A stretch of DNA of 64,000 nt from the NCBI GenBank assembly GCA_964270895.1, contig OZ185440.1; one strand, 5' to 3'. Of this stretch, positions 22,051 to 50,248 are shown in pieces. How positions within the stretch are numbered: position 1 is the first letter of the stretch; each line of letters starts with the position of its first letter. The notes below the pieces were generated by a model. It saw only the letters and a list, made by a program, of their open reading frames with translations, was not told where the DNA came from and did no database searches. This stretch comes from Podarcis filfolensis (lineage: Eukaryota). The translations under genes and the position numbers were made by a program.

Positions 22051-24094
22051 AGTACCCATTCATCACACACGCACTCCAGCCAAGGCATGAATCTCATCAC
22101 CCAGTGGTGATGATGCTCACCTGAGGGGTGAACCGGCGATGTATTGACCTCCTCTGCCGATCTGTGATGTATTTCGTACTTGTTTTGTGAATCTCATGTT
22201 ATTGTTGATTTTATGCTGTTCGTCGCCATGATATTTTCCCATAATGTCAACTGTACACACCATATTGCAAATAAAATAAATAGAATCGCATATATTAAAC
22301 GTTGTGGGCTCAGCTCCATGGGACACACACGTTTTCAGTCGTGGGCTCTGGAGCATGTGAAGATACAACAAGGGAACGGGTTTGACTGCATACAGAATGC
22401 ATCTCCCTCCCTTCTAAATAGCCCACTCCTTTTTCTCACTTTTGAACTTAGCAGCAGGGCTCCCAGGTACGCAGGGTCCAGGCACGCAGAAATCTAGGCC
22501 CCACTCTTACAAAGGTACACCGAACAGGAGGAGTTGGGTTGCCACATCAAAAAAAAGAAGGAGCATTTAGTTGGTATTCCAAAATTAATGTTTTCTGTGG
22601 TTGTGAGTTTTTGACATGCGAGATAGGGTGGTGGCCCATCTGTCCCTTCCACAGAGCTCGCCACCCTGACCCATTTTCTGTGGCACTGTGGTTCATCATA
22701 AGCCACTTACTAGTCCTGCCCGCCATATTTTAAGCTAGAATATGGTGTTACTTAGGGTAACCAAAACCAGCAGGGAGCCTGAGCCCAACTGGTGAAATGC
22801 AACAAACAAGGAAGTTTGGGCCTCCTTCCAATCTGCAGCTCTCTAGAATTAAAAAAAAAAATCTCGCTTTTAAGATTCCTTTCAAGTCTAGGGTACTGCA
22901 AAAGCAAAGGGGAAGGTCCTTCCATTTCCTGATGCCTCTCCACTCTTCTCTGAATTTGGCATATAATGTTCAGGTGGCAAGTTTATAAGCACATCTGCTG
23001 AGGCCCCAGGACAGTGTTAACTGAATGTTTCCACTAAATGTGGCTTCACAGGACCCGCCTCTCAGCAGGGTTATATAGCCAGAAATGTAAAATGTGGCTG
23101 TCACCATGTTGGTGCTTGGTTAGGCAACTTGGAAATGAAGTGGAGATGCAAGGGAAATTCATGCTGCCGAAGGTATGATAGGGTGATGTCAATGCTGCCC
23201 ACAGAAGCGGCACACAGAAGTCACACTTCTAGGCATGCTGGAGTAGAACAGAACCCAGCAAGTGGCAGTTGCCTCTCCCTGAAGCAAGCTCTGTATTAAT
23301 AAGAACTTTGGGCTATCACTTGGATAAGGGGGTGCATAATCAGACCCATGGAATTTGGTAGGGTATAGATGTGCCTAACACCAGAGATTTGGGCTCTTCA
23401 TTTCCAGCACTACATCAGTAATCAAAATATGCAAAATAAATAAAAATAAAGCATACATAAAATGTAACTCATCGGCTATAGCAAGGTATTAACTTGCTTA
23501 GGGTTTCCCAAAATGTCCATATGTTTAGGAGACTGTTATCCAACCTGTGTCTGCTAGTGCACTGTCACCTTCCTACCTGGCATGGACCATTCAAATGTTC
23601 TCTGTCTTGGTCTGTCTGTCTGCCGCCGCCCCCCACCCCACCAGTTCAGTTCAATTTGTGACTCCTTCCTCCCAAAGTTTCTCTTTCCAGCTGTACTATA
23701 GAATGCTTTTGGGATACATTTCCAGGTAACTGTGAACCGAGCCTTCTTCATAACGGACATTCTAGGAGAGAAGGAGCTCATTAAATGAGAATATGGTTTG
23801 GCAGACATGCTACATGTTAACAGTGGTGAGAGGCCCAGGAAATTTGAACGATGAACTTGTCATAGTTACATATATTTAATACAAATGCATCTTTCTTTTT
23901 ATTTCATCTCTGTATCCTTTTCTTTAATAAATAGGATTGAACTTTAACTTGGGTAAACTATGGCAGGGCTGATGGAACATCACCCTCTCTGAACATTTTT
24001 GAGCTGAGACAAGCAAATAAATGCCACTTGTTTGTATGTTACACTTCAGAATGGCTGTTCTTGCAACTACACAGGTAGGCCTTGGGAAGAACTC

Positions 24095-24240
24095 ACAATA
24101 GACAGCACTGTCTATCTTAGCAGTGGCAGTCCAAGGTTCTTATTTTTCTCCACTTGGTATCTTTTCAGTTGGAAATGCTAATTATTGAACCTGGGGCATT
24201 CTGCATGCAAACCATGTTTTCCCCCAGGGAACTATAACCT
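24095..24240 (-). mobile_element. Degenerate tRNA-derived SINE (Squam3-like)
   Basis: The minus strand reads tttgcatgcagaatgccccaggttcaat...ggactgccactgc...tagacagtgctg, similar to 57982-58172. Confidence 0.55.
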
Positions 24241-24839
24241 CTGCCAATAGGACCATGCTGCTGTTGCCAAGACAGTGCCATTAACACTAGCCTCCAAAAT
24301 CTCCACACCCTAATACCCTCAAGAATCATCAGGAAGTATTGTTTGTTCCTCACTAGAATTTGGAGAACCCTGTAAGTTCCGAACAAAGAGCTTCTTTTGT
24401 TTTTCTCCCCTCTCAGCCACCCAGCCCCACCCAGCCTTCCCCTCCAACTATCATGTAACGTAACCTAATGAGTTCAGTGCTTCCAGGCACTCTGCAAGCC
24501 ATGCCAACATTCTTGCCCAAGCACATCTGAGCTCCTTCAGTCCCAGTGCAATATTGCGGGGCTCATGTGTTTATTATTCTCTCTCTGTGTGAGAGCTGTC
24601 AAGCTCCCCAGTTCTTCTGTACAGCTTCGCATGCTAGCCTAGTGCCTCGATCTGGTAATCTTTACCTTCCTACCACACCCAGCAACTTGCATGCTCATTA
24701 AGTGGGAGGCAGGATACAAATATCCTGGAAGACTCTCCCCACAACACCCACCCACGATGCTACAAGGATCCCTGCCAGCTCATTAGTCTGATGAGCCAGC
24801 TTGGCTCCTTATGCCGGGCACTCTACAAACATCCAAAGT

Positions 24840-25400
24840 GAGTGGATTTTCTGCATCTTACAGCAGATTTGCAGGGATGTGGCAGAATCACCCAGGGAGC
24901 CAACACTAAGCCAGCAAAAGCACTGTGATTGTACTTAAGCCTCCTAGAGAGGAAAAATGGAGGACTTCACTTTCACTCCTTGTATAGGCTCAGGCCCAGT
25001 CTGCATCGCCTCAGAGGTCATCCACATGAGACACAGGACCTCATGGCACTAAGGAAAGAAACACCCTCAGAAAAATGGTGTGGCAAGATTCCTGAGGACA
25101 ACAGCTCCTAACATAGTGCTAGGAGGCAACACCATTTCAGTGTAGGAAAAAACACAGCAGGTGGCAGGTGGGGACTACAGAAAGGGCCTTCACCATTTTA
25201 GCACATCACTGGAATGCTTTCCCAAGAAAGCACACCTAGTGCCAACTACAATGCCTTTTTGATGTGACGCACATAGCCTTTTAATTCCCTAGACTTTTAT
25301 TTTCCTAGCCTTGTAAATATCAGTTGAAGTGTTTTGTAGTTTGCTGCTGTTTTTATTTTCAAGCATTTGATTGTGCTGCCACTTCCATTGCTCACTAGTC
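24840..25400 (+). mobile_element. Old L2/CR1-clade LINE 3' remnant
   Basis: Degenerate translation near 25180-25225 (ERAFTILAHHWNAFP) resembles the L2 ORF2 C-terminal RAFS..AP.LWN.LP motif. Boundaries approximate. Confidence 0.5.
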
Positions 25401-27713
25401 GGAATCTGTTCTTCTTTTAAGCTGCTTTTATTACCATCAGCCTGGCACATAGCAGACAGTGCAGGACACACATTTGTTAAATAGAGAGAATTGTCTGCAG
25501 CACAGAAACACGCAAGGCCAGTGTAAGGTTCCTAAAAAGCAATGGGCATGCCAGGGTTATGCCTCTGCAAGATAAGCCACCTCAAGGCAGTAACCACAAC
25601 ATGTTTTGAGGGGGGAAATGTGGAGCTACAGTGTAGCAGGCCCTACTCATGCCACAGAACAGCAACCTGTCCTGATCTGAAGGAACCCTCACAACTTCTC
25701 CAGCATATTTCCAATGAGAATAAAGCCAAACTAGCCCATTTCTTGGAACAGTGACAGTTACTATGATTTCACATATGACAATCAGAATGTAGGTGTTTTG
25801 TTTGGATCAAGATTCACCTTGTGATACTGACTGCTCACCCAATGACTGTATTTAAATACACAGAAGTATGCAAAATCAAGGACCTGAGGTTATGTGTACA
25901 GGTCAAATTTTGAGTTATTATCTATGTAAAGAAAAGCCCCCCCTAAGCTGCAATCACAATGAGAAGAACATTAAGAGTAGGAACTGCAGGCAAACGAAGC
26001 CATCACAAGTAACTGAGATGCAGACCTTGAAGAGACTTGTTATACATATCTCAGTGCTTAAGAAATGTTGTGTAGGGACCACCGGGCTGCATTCAAAAGC
26101 AGGTAAGTCTTGTAGTGCAGCTTAAAGGTTAGGAAAATAAATCCCTCATCCCCACCTATAGCAACTCCAGTTTGTGTTAAGGCTATTCTGGACATATTGT
26201 TATAGTCCTATATGTTTTAAATAGGAAAGATTTTGTAAATACATCACCAGGAAAGAATGTATGTGGCACTAGACAAAACAATGTTTGTCTTTTGAAATCC
26301 GTTTTGCCCCACAGCAAGATGTTAGGCTTGTCAGTTATCAAGCTGAACTGAAATTTGAGGCTCTATGTCCTCTAAATTTACACAAGCCATCACATCTAGC
26401 TATCAAAACATGTACAGATCTGAAGTGAATGAAACGTCCTTGACAGAGCCATTCACTGGAGGGCTTCTTCCACCACCTGACCTACATCATTTTTTAAACA
26501 CTAAATGAATCCATTTCAGTCAGCCTATGAGAGAGCATCAGGGTATCATCAACATAAAGATGATGTTCTCTATCCTTTGATGACTTTTATAACCACATGC
26601 TGATAAAGGTACAGTTTGACAATCAAATTATGGAGAGCAAGGGAACATGCAACCCCATCTGGTAGCCCTGCTCTAGCTTATATGGGTCAGATCTTGCCCC
26701 ACTAGCAATGTTCTTAAAAGCTTTATTTAGATGAACACCAGTTATGTCATTGAGAAGTGCCGAGAGTGTCCCAAAGGAACATCTTTGCCTTCAGAACAAA
26801 CAGCAGAATGGCTCACACATGTAAATTCAAGTGTTTTTACTCAGAGTAGTGGGAAACGTGGAAAAGACGCTAAATATACAGTTGTCAAAAGTGTTTCAGG
26901 AAATCTCCCAGGGTGGGGCTCTGTCCCAGCAAGGAACCCAAAAGGTGACACTAAACATCCTGCCACATAATTTTTTAAGTTCCTGTAGAAAAATAAGCAC
27001 AGCTCTGTTGCTCTCCAAAAGCACTGAGCCAATCAGAACAGTGAAGACTTGCTGTAAATAATGAAATAACAAACAAACAGAATCAGTTTTCTTTTTTTAT
27101 ATATTCCTTAAAATAAGAATATATCACAATACCCCCCCATTTGACTATCTAAACTTTGCAGGGAAAATAACAAATTTTGCTGCCTAGAATCCAGCTCTTT
27201 CCTCCCACCCTTACAGTTACCAGGTAAGGCTGGCATGGGATTGGATTACAGATGGCAAATCCTGCTCAGGGCTTAAGCTATAAGATCTTTAGATTCATCC
27301 TACCATAAGTGTTTCCCCTTCTGCAATGTGACTCTCTGGCTTCTAATTTTCACCTAAGTTTTGCTTTAACTGAAAGCTGTCTTTGGCAACTCCCAAGATA
27401 GGATACAAATAGAGTTTTGTAAATTAATATGCTTCATGATTCTAGGACTGCAAAACTACCCACCCCTAGGAAGTGGTAGCAGGAATACTCTTTACCCTGG
27501 GAGAGGGAACCTCCAATCCATGGGGGTCCAGTGTAGAAACTCAGATATATAAGCTAATCACTAAATGGTAATTTAAACCTAGGTTGCGGCTGCCAAAATG
27601 GAATGTCCAGGTCTCATTTTCTTTTTCAGGGATGATGTTATGATGATTAATTTCATTTCTATATCACATTATAAAGGAAAAAAACCCTTAAAGTTTACAA
27701 CACTTTAAAACAT

Positions 27714-27795
27714 CAGGGTTCAAATCCCCACTCAAGTCATGAAGCTCACTGGGTGACCTTGGGACTGTTACAGCCTTTGCACCTTCCTCACAGGC
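27714..27795 (+). mobile_element. tRNA/CORE-type SINE fragment (Squam2-like)
   Basis: cagggttcaaatccccactc..catgaagctcactgggtgaccttggg, shared with 50041-50248. Confidence 0.55.
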
Positions 27796-28447
27796 TCTAT
27801 CAAACCTCTGAGTGATTTGCAGTCAATCAGCAGGGCTTTTCAACTATTAGCGGTCTAAAGGAAATAACAAAATGACCTTTCCCATCTAAATTTGGCCACT
27901 GAAATGATGAAAGTTACGCAGGAGAAGACTTGGGCAAAAGGACTATGAGCCCCGTTCTAATACTGAAAACCAATTCCTAGGATTCAAAATGGGCTCAGAG
28001 GAACCCCTTCTAAAAAAAAAATCTATATTTTGCCCCTGGTTAGTAGATTTTGGATTTCAGTTAAAGAAACAAAGACAATCAGATAAGCCTGAAGTTTGCC
28101 CACCCCTGCACTGAGCAGTTTGATGAACAGCGGGCACACCACAGAGAAACAGCAACTATTAATCACAGTACAAGACATTTCCCATAATTAATTTTAATTA
28201 ACCAATCATTTGTGAAGTTTCAGGGAACTCAAAAAATCACAACTTTTAGCTCCTATGCACCCCTTCAGTATGGAACAGATGTGCCTAGGAGGGCACCTTC
28301 CATAGCCTGCGGAGCCAAATCTTCAGCCAGTACCACTGGCTGTTCCAGAAAATGTGGACTGTGAGAGGCAGCAGGAGCCGGGGTAGCAGGAGGGGCACAG
28401 CAGCACGGGGCGCACAAGGAAGGGAAACTACTTGGGACACGGATGAG

Positions 28448-28453
28448 TTTATT
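28448..28453 (-). terminator. Poly(A) signal, ATP6V0B
   Basis: First TTTATT below the stop codon (28760), giving a 3' UTR of about 330 nt. Confidence 0.6.
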
Positions 28454-28759
28454 TCACAGAACATGGCATTGCTGTTGGCAGTGGTTGCCACAAAGAGTGC
28501 AAGGGCTGGAAGACTCTAGGTTCCTTCTCCTAGGTCCATCCAGCCCCTTTCTTCAGGGGAAGTGGAGCAGGAAAGGATGGAAGGAAAGGAGGACAGATTC
28601 TTTCTCACACACACATCAATTGGTCAGGTTCTTCCACGGCCTCGCAGGGAAAGATCACGGGAATAAATTTATACACCAAGCTCCATCCCAAGCCAACAGA
28701 ATACATTAAATAAATATGTACAGAGTCTGCAGCTGGCAGACAGGCTGGTGGCAAAGGGC

Positions 28760-43143
<14,384 letters not shown>

Positions 43144-43479
43144 GGCGGCGGCGAGTCCTCAGCACGGACTGAACGCGACCGGGAATCACCTGACCCACAG
43201 AATGACGGGAACCACGCTCCACGTGACCAGACGAAGTTTATCTGACGCCTCTCGCCGGCTGGGATGATTGGTCGGATGGGAGGAAGGCGAAACTCCAACC
43301 CCCACAATGCACCGCGCCGATAGGCTTCCCGTTTATTCTACTTTCCGAGGGCCTTGCTGTGTCGGGATCTTTTATTGGCTGCAAAGCTTCCCGCTATTGA
43401 CGTAGGAGAGAGAAAGAGAAGCAAAGCGATAGAAAAAAGACGCGTTCCGATAGGGAAAGGAGCGTGGCGTTCTCATTGG

Positions 43480-43544
43480 GTGCCTTTAACCCCACCCAGG
43501 AAATGTATTGGTGGCCATGTGGTGGATGTTGGGGGGTCCTCTAG
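43480..43544 (+). other. DPH2: DPH2 putative non-coding exon 1
   Basis: Strong donor TAG|GTGAGT (GT 43545-43546). The matching acceptor tatttttgtag (44186) lies 17 nt before the DPH2 ATG. The 5' boundary is a guess. Confidence 0.65.
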
Positions 43545-43599
43545 GTGAGTAGAGTGACAGTAATGAGGCACAGTAGTTAATGTTTCTTATGGCGGGCGG

Positions 43600-43912
43600 G
43601 CGGGGGGATACAATTGTTTTGTGTGCAAAGGGGTTCCAGATTCAATTCCTGGCAGTTCCAGGTAAGGTTGAGAAATGCTTCTGCCCGAAATGCCAGTCAG
43701 TCCTCTTGACAACATGGAACTAGAGCAGGCATAGGCAAACTCGGCCCTCCAAATGTTTTGGGACTACAACTACTATCATCCCTAGCTAACAAGACCAGTG
43801 GTCAGGGATGATGGGAATTGTAGTCTCAAAACTTCTGGAGGTCCGAGTTTGCCTATCCCTGAACTAGAGAGACCGGTGGTCTGTCTTTGTGTAAGGAGCC
43901 TTCCTGAGTTCT
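43600..43912 (+). mobile_element. Degenerate Squam3-like SINE interrupted by a hAT MITE
   Basis: tgtgtgcaaaggggttccagattcaattcctggca...gccagtcag..gacaac before the MITE and agaccggtggtctg..taagg..cttcct after it; collinear with 57982-58172. Confidence 0.55.
43726..43861. mobile_element. hAT (Buster-type) MITE, 136 bp
   Basis: TIR caggcataggcaaactcgg / ccgagtttgcctatccctg (1 mismatch); exact TSD AACTAGAG (43718-43725, 43862-43869). Confidence 0.9.
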
Positions 43913-44203
43913 TCTGTTTCCCAAGCCGCTTCAGTGCCATTTTCTTGTCTCTCTCCAAACCCATTTCAGTGCATGTTTCTGAATGAAGGAGGCATTCTAA
44001 TCAGTGTTAGTGATTAGAAGCATGGATACAAAGGGTTTTAGCTATGTTGGTTCCCTACTGATTAATATAGAATATGATCCTGTAAATGTGACCTTGGAGA
44101 ACTGACGCTCAGGACCATTCTCATCCAGCATCTTGCTAGTAGTGGGATATTGCTATGCGGACAAGCATCACCTTGTATTTTTGTAGTTTGGATATAGGCC
44201 ACC

Positions 44204-47200
44204 ATGGCAACAGCATTCAGCAGTGATGGTGCTGAGGTTATGCAGCGGGCTGTGATTCCTGCAGAAGCAAGTGGACGTCCCCCAACCACCAGGCTGGAAG
44301 AGTTCTATGAACTGGAGAGAGCAGCTGCATTTGTATCTGATAATGGCTTCACTAAGGTGAGACAGTAGTTTGCCCTTTTGCCAGAAAGCTACAGGCATGA
44401 ATGTCAGTTCTTCCCCTAGAGTTAGTGGACATCCCCGCCCCAAATAGTCAAGTATTGGGGCACTAAATATGGGGGACTTTTAAAAAGTTTTGTTTATCAA
44501 GTATGTCAAACAAATAAATATGTAGAAGCAGCTCACACACTACAGTATTTAAGGCAGAGATGTGGAATCCTCCCCCAAGGGCCATATCTCCCAGGGGGAA
44601 CATGCCAGCGATGGGAGAGCTGAGGCCGCCCAAGGCACATCTCTTTTCCCCCCACCTTTTCCTTTTCACCAGTGATGTGAGGTGGACTTTCTGGTGCTTT
44701 ATTTTTCCACAAGGAAAAAATATGTTTCATAAGGTCACGATCAACAATGAATGGATGCCAGTTGCAAATACAGCATTAGGCAAACTTGGCAGTTTCAAGT
44801 TTTTAGCTCTTGTTTGCTAAATACAAGTAAAATAAAAATACCAAATTAGACCCTTCTCTAAGGCAGGTATTCTTCAACCTTTTCAGACCCAGGACCCACT
44901 TTTAACCCCAACATACATATGGAAAACTATTTCTTAATCTTTTATCATATATTTGCATGGTGGTTATGCTCCTGTTGTGACCCAACTTGGATCAGGCCGT
45001 GACCCACCAGTGGGTCCAAGTCTACCTGTTGAAGGCCAGTGTTCTAGGGCATCACATATTGCCCTGTTCACACTATCCTAATTTTCGAAGGATTTTGTTC
45101 CAGTTCAGAATTGACTGGCAAACCCACATCACTGCTTACACATGTATGTCCATCCATTCTATTCTGTCTCCCCACCCATTCTTCCTCCTTTTTTTGCTTT
45201 TGCTCTTTGCCCTTCCCTGCTGCAATTAAGCTTAGAGGAAATTCATTTCACTCAGTATGCAGGTTTTTGAGGGAGTCACAATGCAGATTGGGGGGGGTAA
45301 ATTAACCCTCTCCCCAGTGCTGCCACCCTCACCCTTCAAACCCCTCCCCCCATGGCAATTAGACTACAAGAAAAAATCCTGTCCATGTGGATGGGACCTT
45401 TTTCTTCAAAGCCTAATTCCCCAGGAAACCCACAGTACTGCTAGCTGTGTACAGTGGACATGTCCTGAATAATTATCTTGGGTTTGTTTTGTAGGTTGCT
45501 CTTCAGTTTCCCGATGAACTCTTGCCAGATTCAGCAAGCCTTGCTAGCAAGATGGAAGCAGCAACTGGTGCCAAAATGTACATTCTGGGGGACACATCAT
45601 ACGGCAGGTGAGGTCACAGCAGGAACCTCCTTCCACATAAACACATGATAGAAGCTCAGGCCGTAGTCCTATAGACACTTGGGAGTGAGCCTCATTGAAA
45701 ACATGGAACTTAGTGCTGAGAACATGCATAGGACTATACTGCAGGCTTGCATTTTCAAGGGGTTCTGTAGTAATATGTCAGCCTCTGGATGTTCAGCAGT
45801 CTCTTGACTGCCTCTGCTGGGGTGGGGGTACTATTTATGACAAGAGAGGAGGACTTTGGGATCATTAGTTGCTCCCCAGTTCCTGCATCTTGGGTGTTGG
45901 TAACAGAGTATTTTTCCCATCTGCTGTCAGGCCTGGGGCTCCTTGCATGCTGAGTGAGCTGGTGACAGGGGAAATCCAGTCTCTACAATGGTAACCCATT
46001 TACTACAAAGGAAGCATTTTTCTGTGTGATAGAGGTGGTAGGTGTTTTGAGGAAAGCTGCCCTCCATAGCTAATGCTGTTGCTTTTCTTTAGCTGTTGCG
46101 TGGATGAAGTGGCAGCAGAGCACGTGGGCGCTGAGGCTGTGGTGCACTACGGCCCTGCCTGCTTGAGTCCCTGCCGCAAGCTGCCCGTGCTCCATGTGTT
46201 TGGTCGCAAACAACTAGACGTGGCGCGCTGCACAGAAGTCTTCCAGGAGTTGCATCCAGACCCTCTAGCTCATGTGGTTGTGCTGAGTGAAGTGGCCTAT
46301 TTTCATTCTCTTGGTGAGACCATGGGGATCACAATGTGGGTGGTGGGTGGTATTCAAGAGATACATCAGGCCAGGATGGGAAAAAGCTACAGTGGGCACC
46401 CTCTAACCTCAAACAGTGCTCTCCTTGCCAGTCCTGCCCTTTATGTCTTATCTGCCTTCCAATGTTACTCAGTCCCAGCTTTTAACCCTCTCTACTATCC
46501 TCAGGGCTGGATTAACCAGGAAATGCCTATTTCTCTCCGTGCTCCCCACCTCATTTGCCACTAGGATACTAGTTTGCAGTTTCCTCAACAATAACATTCT
46601 TCAGAGCAAAGCTAATAGACCTGCATGCTAATGTTCAAAGGCAAAACCACATAAATTAATCAGTGTTTACTCCTTTGTAGTTTGAATGAACTAGGAATGT
46701 GGTCAGTTAATGCACAGATACCTGCCAAAGAGGCTTTTATAAGTTCTATGATTCTATGAAAGTGAGAAAATTCAAAACAATACTCCTGTGAATGTTCCAA
46801 TTTATATTTCTGATTTGGCGGCTGGAGGGGTTGTTCTCTTTTAAAGGACCACAGAAGTAATCTTTCCTTGTAATACTCGCTTTCAGTTAACTCCCCTCTG
46901 TTTACATCCTTTAAATCAGGGATGGGGAACCTATTGCTCTCCAGATGTTGTTGGACTAGAACTCTCATCATCCCTGACCACTGGCTATGCTGCATGAGGC
47001 TGATAGGAGTTCCCCATCACAGCTTTAAACCTAGTGTCTAGCACAAGGGCCCTTCCCTGTCCATGGAAGAGGCCTGCTGAGTATTTGGAACAGTGAGGCC
47101 TATGTGACAGTTATTGTCTCTAAACTGAATGACTTTTCATTTCTCTTCCCCTCAGATAACCTGGCCGCTCTGCTGCACCCCATTTATCCCAATGTAGTTT

Positions 47201-49270
47201 TCTCTCAACTGGATAACAAGGAACTTCAGCCAGTTCCCGGGCTGGTGAAGAAATTTGGGCGGCACTTTGTGGTGGACAGTCAGCATGGTCTTGACAACTA
47301 CGCCATGTTCTACGTGGGTTGTGAAGGCCCAGAACTCACAAACTTCATGCTGAGCTGGAACCGGTGTCCCTTCAGCTCCTTTAATCCTCAGACAGGACAA
47401 GGCCGACGGGAAACATTGGATGTGAACCGGGCCCTGAGGCGACGCCTCTATCTAGTGGAGCGGGCACGGGATGCCCAAGTAGTGGGCATTGTGGTGGGCA
47501 CTCTTGGTGTGGCAGACTACTTGTCTGTTCTGGAGCATCTGCGTGGCATCATTCAGCGGGCAGGCAAACGGGCCTATACCTTGGCTGTGGGTAAACCCAA
47601 CCCTGCAAAGCTGGCAAACTTTCTAGAGGTGGACATTTTTGTGTTGGTAGCCTGCCCACAGAACTCTTTGCTTGATTCAGCTGACTTCTACCGGCCTGTG
47701 GTCACACCCTACGAGCTGGAGATGGCATGCAATCCAGCACGGACCTGGACAGGCAGTTATGTCACAGATTTCCGTCACCTCCTACCAGGTAATACTAGGC
47801 TTCGTAACTGGAGAAATGAGTAGAGGCAACAACCAGTGAGCTCCTTTCACACCAGACTCTGGAAATTATGTTTGGTCACACACTTTCAAAATTCTCTCTG
47901 CAGGCATAAGGGTTTGAAAGTTGCTTTATTATAATGATAACTTGAGTCTCACGATGAATTGCAATTTCAGACTCATAAAAGCTGCACAGCTCTACCAATG
48001 CTCTTGGGCCTGCCCTGAAGGCATAGTCTGCTGCAGCAGCAATGACCATAAAGTTCCCTACACCCACACAAAGACAGACCAGTGGCAGGGAACAATTTCT
48101 ACATTGGGGATAATTCAAATACATAGGATTGTATCCAAAATAGTAACATGTCCTGTCAGTGCAAAGACTTTCACTTGCGCAATGAAACTCCCCCCTCCTC
48201 TTGCCCTGAATCTATTCTAGGGGTTTCCCTAACCCTTCAGAGCTGATTTGGGAAAGGAGGAAGTGGGGAAGTTCCATTGTGCAAGCAGATATAATTGGGC
48301 TATGCTTACCTCCCATAGTCCTCTCCACATTTGCCATATGAAATGGTGGTCAATGAAGGGCAAGGCAGTGGGGAGCTCAGTGTGGTGTAGGTGCAGGAAA
48401 GGAAGCATCAGAGTAGCTATGCTCTTATCATGTTGGGAAGCCAGGCGAGCAATGCCAACGCCACCCACTGCTGTTTTTCCATGTGCTAATTCTGCACATC
48501 TTGATCATCCTTAGGTGGGTAAAAGCAGGGTATGATTCTGGATGGGCCAAGCTTAGCTGTTACTCTTTCCCTTGCTGTTGCCTGCAGGAGCATGTGCGCA
48601 CACCCCTTTCCCAGACAAGATTTCAGAGGCTGACAGTGAACCCAGCATTTCACTCATCACCGGCGAGCTACGCTCAACTTCTCTTTATACAGCACCAGAC
48701 CCAGAGCCAAGCTCTGGCACTTCTGTGACCTGCCGCAGCCATATGCATATGGCTGAGAGTAGCCCAGCAGGTATGTATCCGAGGGGTCGGGAACGGATTA
48801 TGTTAACAGTCCACACAAATGGTGGCAAATCTCATCTGTCAGGACCTTTCTTGTGACTAATGGTTGTTCTTGGGAGATGAAAATGGCTGTTTTGAAGTCT
48901 GTTATGTGGTGAATGTTTCAAAGATTTATGCTAGTGTCAGAATAGCAATTAGCAGCCTAGTCACCTTCCTCCATTTACAGTTGCAGTACTGAGTGGGGCA
49001 GTGGGCCCCATGGGCTCTTTCATCCATAATCTTGAATATACTGTAAGCTCTGTTCTCTTCCAGAGTGGTGTCTGGAATTCAGCTTGGGGAAATCATTTAT
49101 GCCATGATCATTGCTCTTCTGTTTTGTTTGCTTTTTTTGTCTTAGCCTCATTTTTGGAGTCACGAAGCTGGCGGGGGCTTGAGCAGCAGCTGGGGCAGTC
49201 AGCAGTCACAAAAGCTGTGGCTGGACGACGGGGGATTGCCATCGCATATGAAGATGAGCCTTCTGGATGA
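44204..49270 (+). CDS. DPH2: 2-(3-amino-3-carboxypropyl)histidine synthase subunit 2 (diphthamide biosynthesis protein 2), 475 aa
   Basis: Exons 44204-44356, 45495-45607, 46093-46313, 47156-47788, 48588-48770, 49146-49270 = 1428 nt. Kozak gccaccATGG. Motifs [48 protein letters not shown] (Fe-S ligand Cys motifs retained) and C-terminal [12 protein letters not shown]. Confidence 0.97.
46917..47022. mobile_element. Internally deleted hAT MITE
   Basis: cagggatggggaacc...gttccccatcac; near-exact TSD ctttaaat / ctttaaac. Confidence 0.7.
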
Positions 49271-50040
49271 CAGTTCCAGCCAGGCCATGCTGAGAAAAAG
49301 TTGCCTTCCCTTTCTGCATCTAGATGAGATAACCAAACATGGTTTTTATCACAACCTTCTCCCTCCTACCCACAACTAGACACATGTATAAGGCAAGGAA
49401 TATCACTTTCCCTGGCCTGGACATTCCTCTTGGTGGATGGACAGATCAACATTTTAACTGGCTGACATCTACAATACAGTAGTTCTGCCAAATGGTGTTT
49501 TTTATGTTAAGAAGCTAAGTAAACCTATTCTTCTCACTGTGCTCTCAATTGTGCTGGTGTTTATCTGTGCATATAAAGCAGCCCTGGGCTAAGAGTGGCA
49601 GCACAGTAGATTTGGGGTTCTGTTGGGGGAACAGGGGTGTGTAGCATTGCAGCTTAATTCACATGTGGAATTATACCACAGATCCCCATTTATCCAGCTT
49701 CCACTGGCTGTATAGCTATAACTTAGGGCACTCTTGGAAGCCAATCATGCCCCTACATGCCCAGGCTCAACCTCTGCCGTATTCTCATACATGGGAAAAG
49801 CAGGTAAGAGTGTGATTGAGGAAGGAGGGCAGGTTTCTATACTCTGGTTGAACCTTGATCTAATCCACACTGTCCAGTGTTAAAGGTATAACTAGAAGTC
49901 AGGAAAAGTTTTCCTATTGAGGCTAGGATTTTGTATCCTCGAAGAGTTAGATTTGCTGATAGCATGAGGAATTGAATTCTAGGACTCAGAAGCAAGAACC
50001 AGGCTTTGAATAGCTGGGGTATAAGAATCCTATGATAAAG

Positions 50041-50248
50041 AGCCAGTATAGTGGGTAGAGTGCTGAACAGGACTTTGGAGACCAGGGTTCATATGCCCAC
50101 TCAGCCATGAAGCTCACTGGGTGATCTTGGGCCACTCAACTCACTACAACCCTGTAAGGTGGGTTGAAGGTAAAATGGAGAGAAGTATATATATCTCCTT
50201 GATATCTCTTTGGAGGAAAGGCAGGATACAAATGTAGTAAATAAATAA
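50041..50248 (+). mobile_element. tRNA/CORE-type SINE (Squam2-like) with A-rich tail
   Basis: gtatagtgggtagagtgctgaac..ggagaccagggttc...catgaagctcactgggtgatcttgggcca...ggaggaaaggcaggatacaaatgtagtaaataaataa. Confidence 0.65.
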
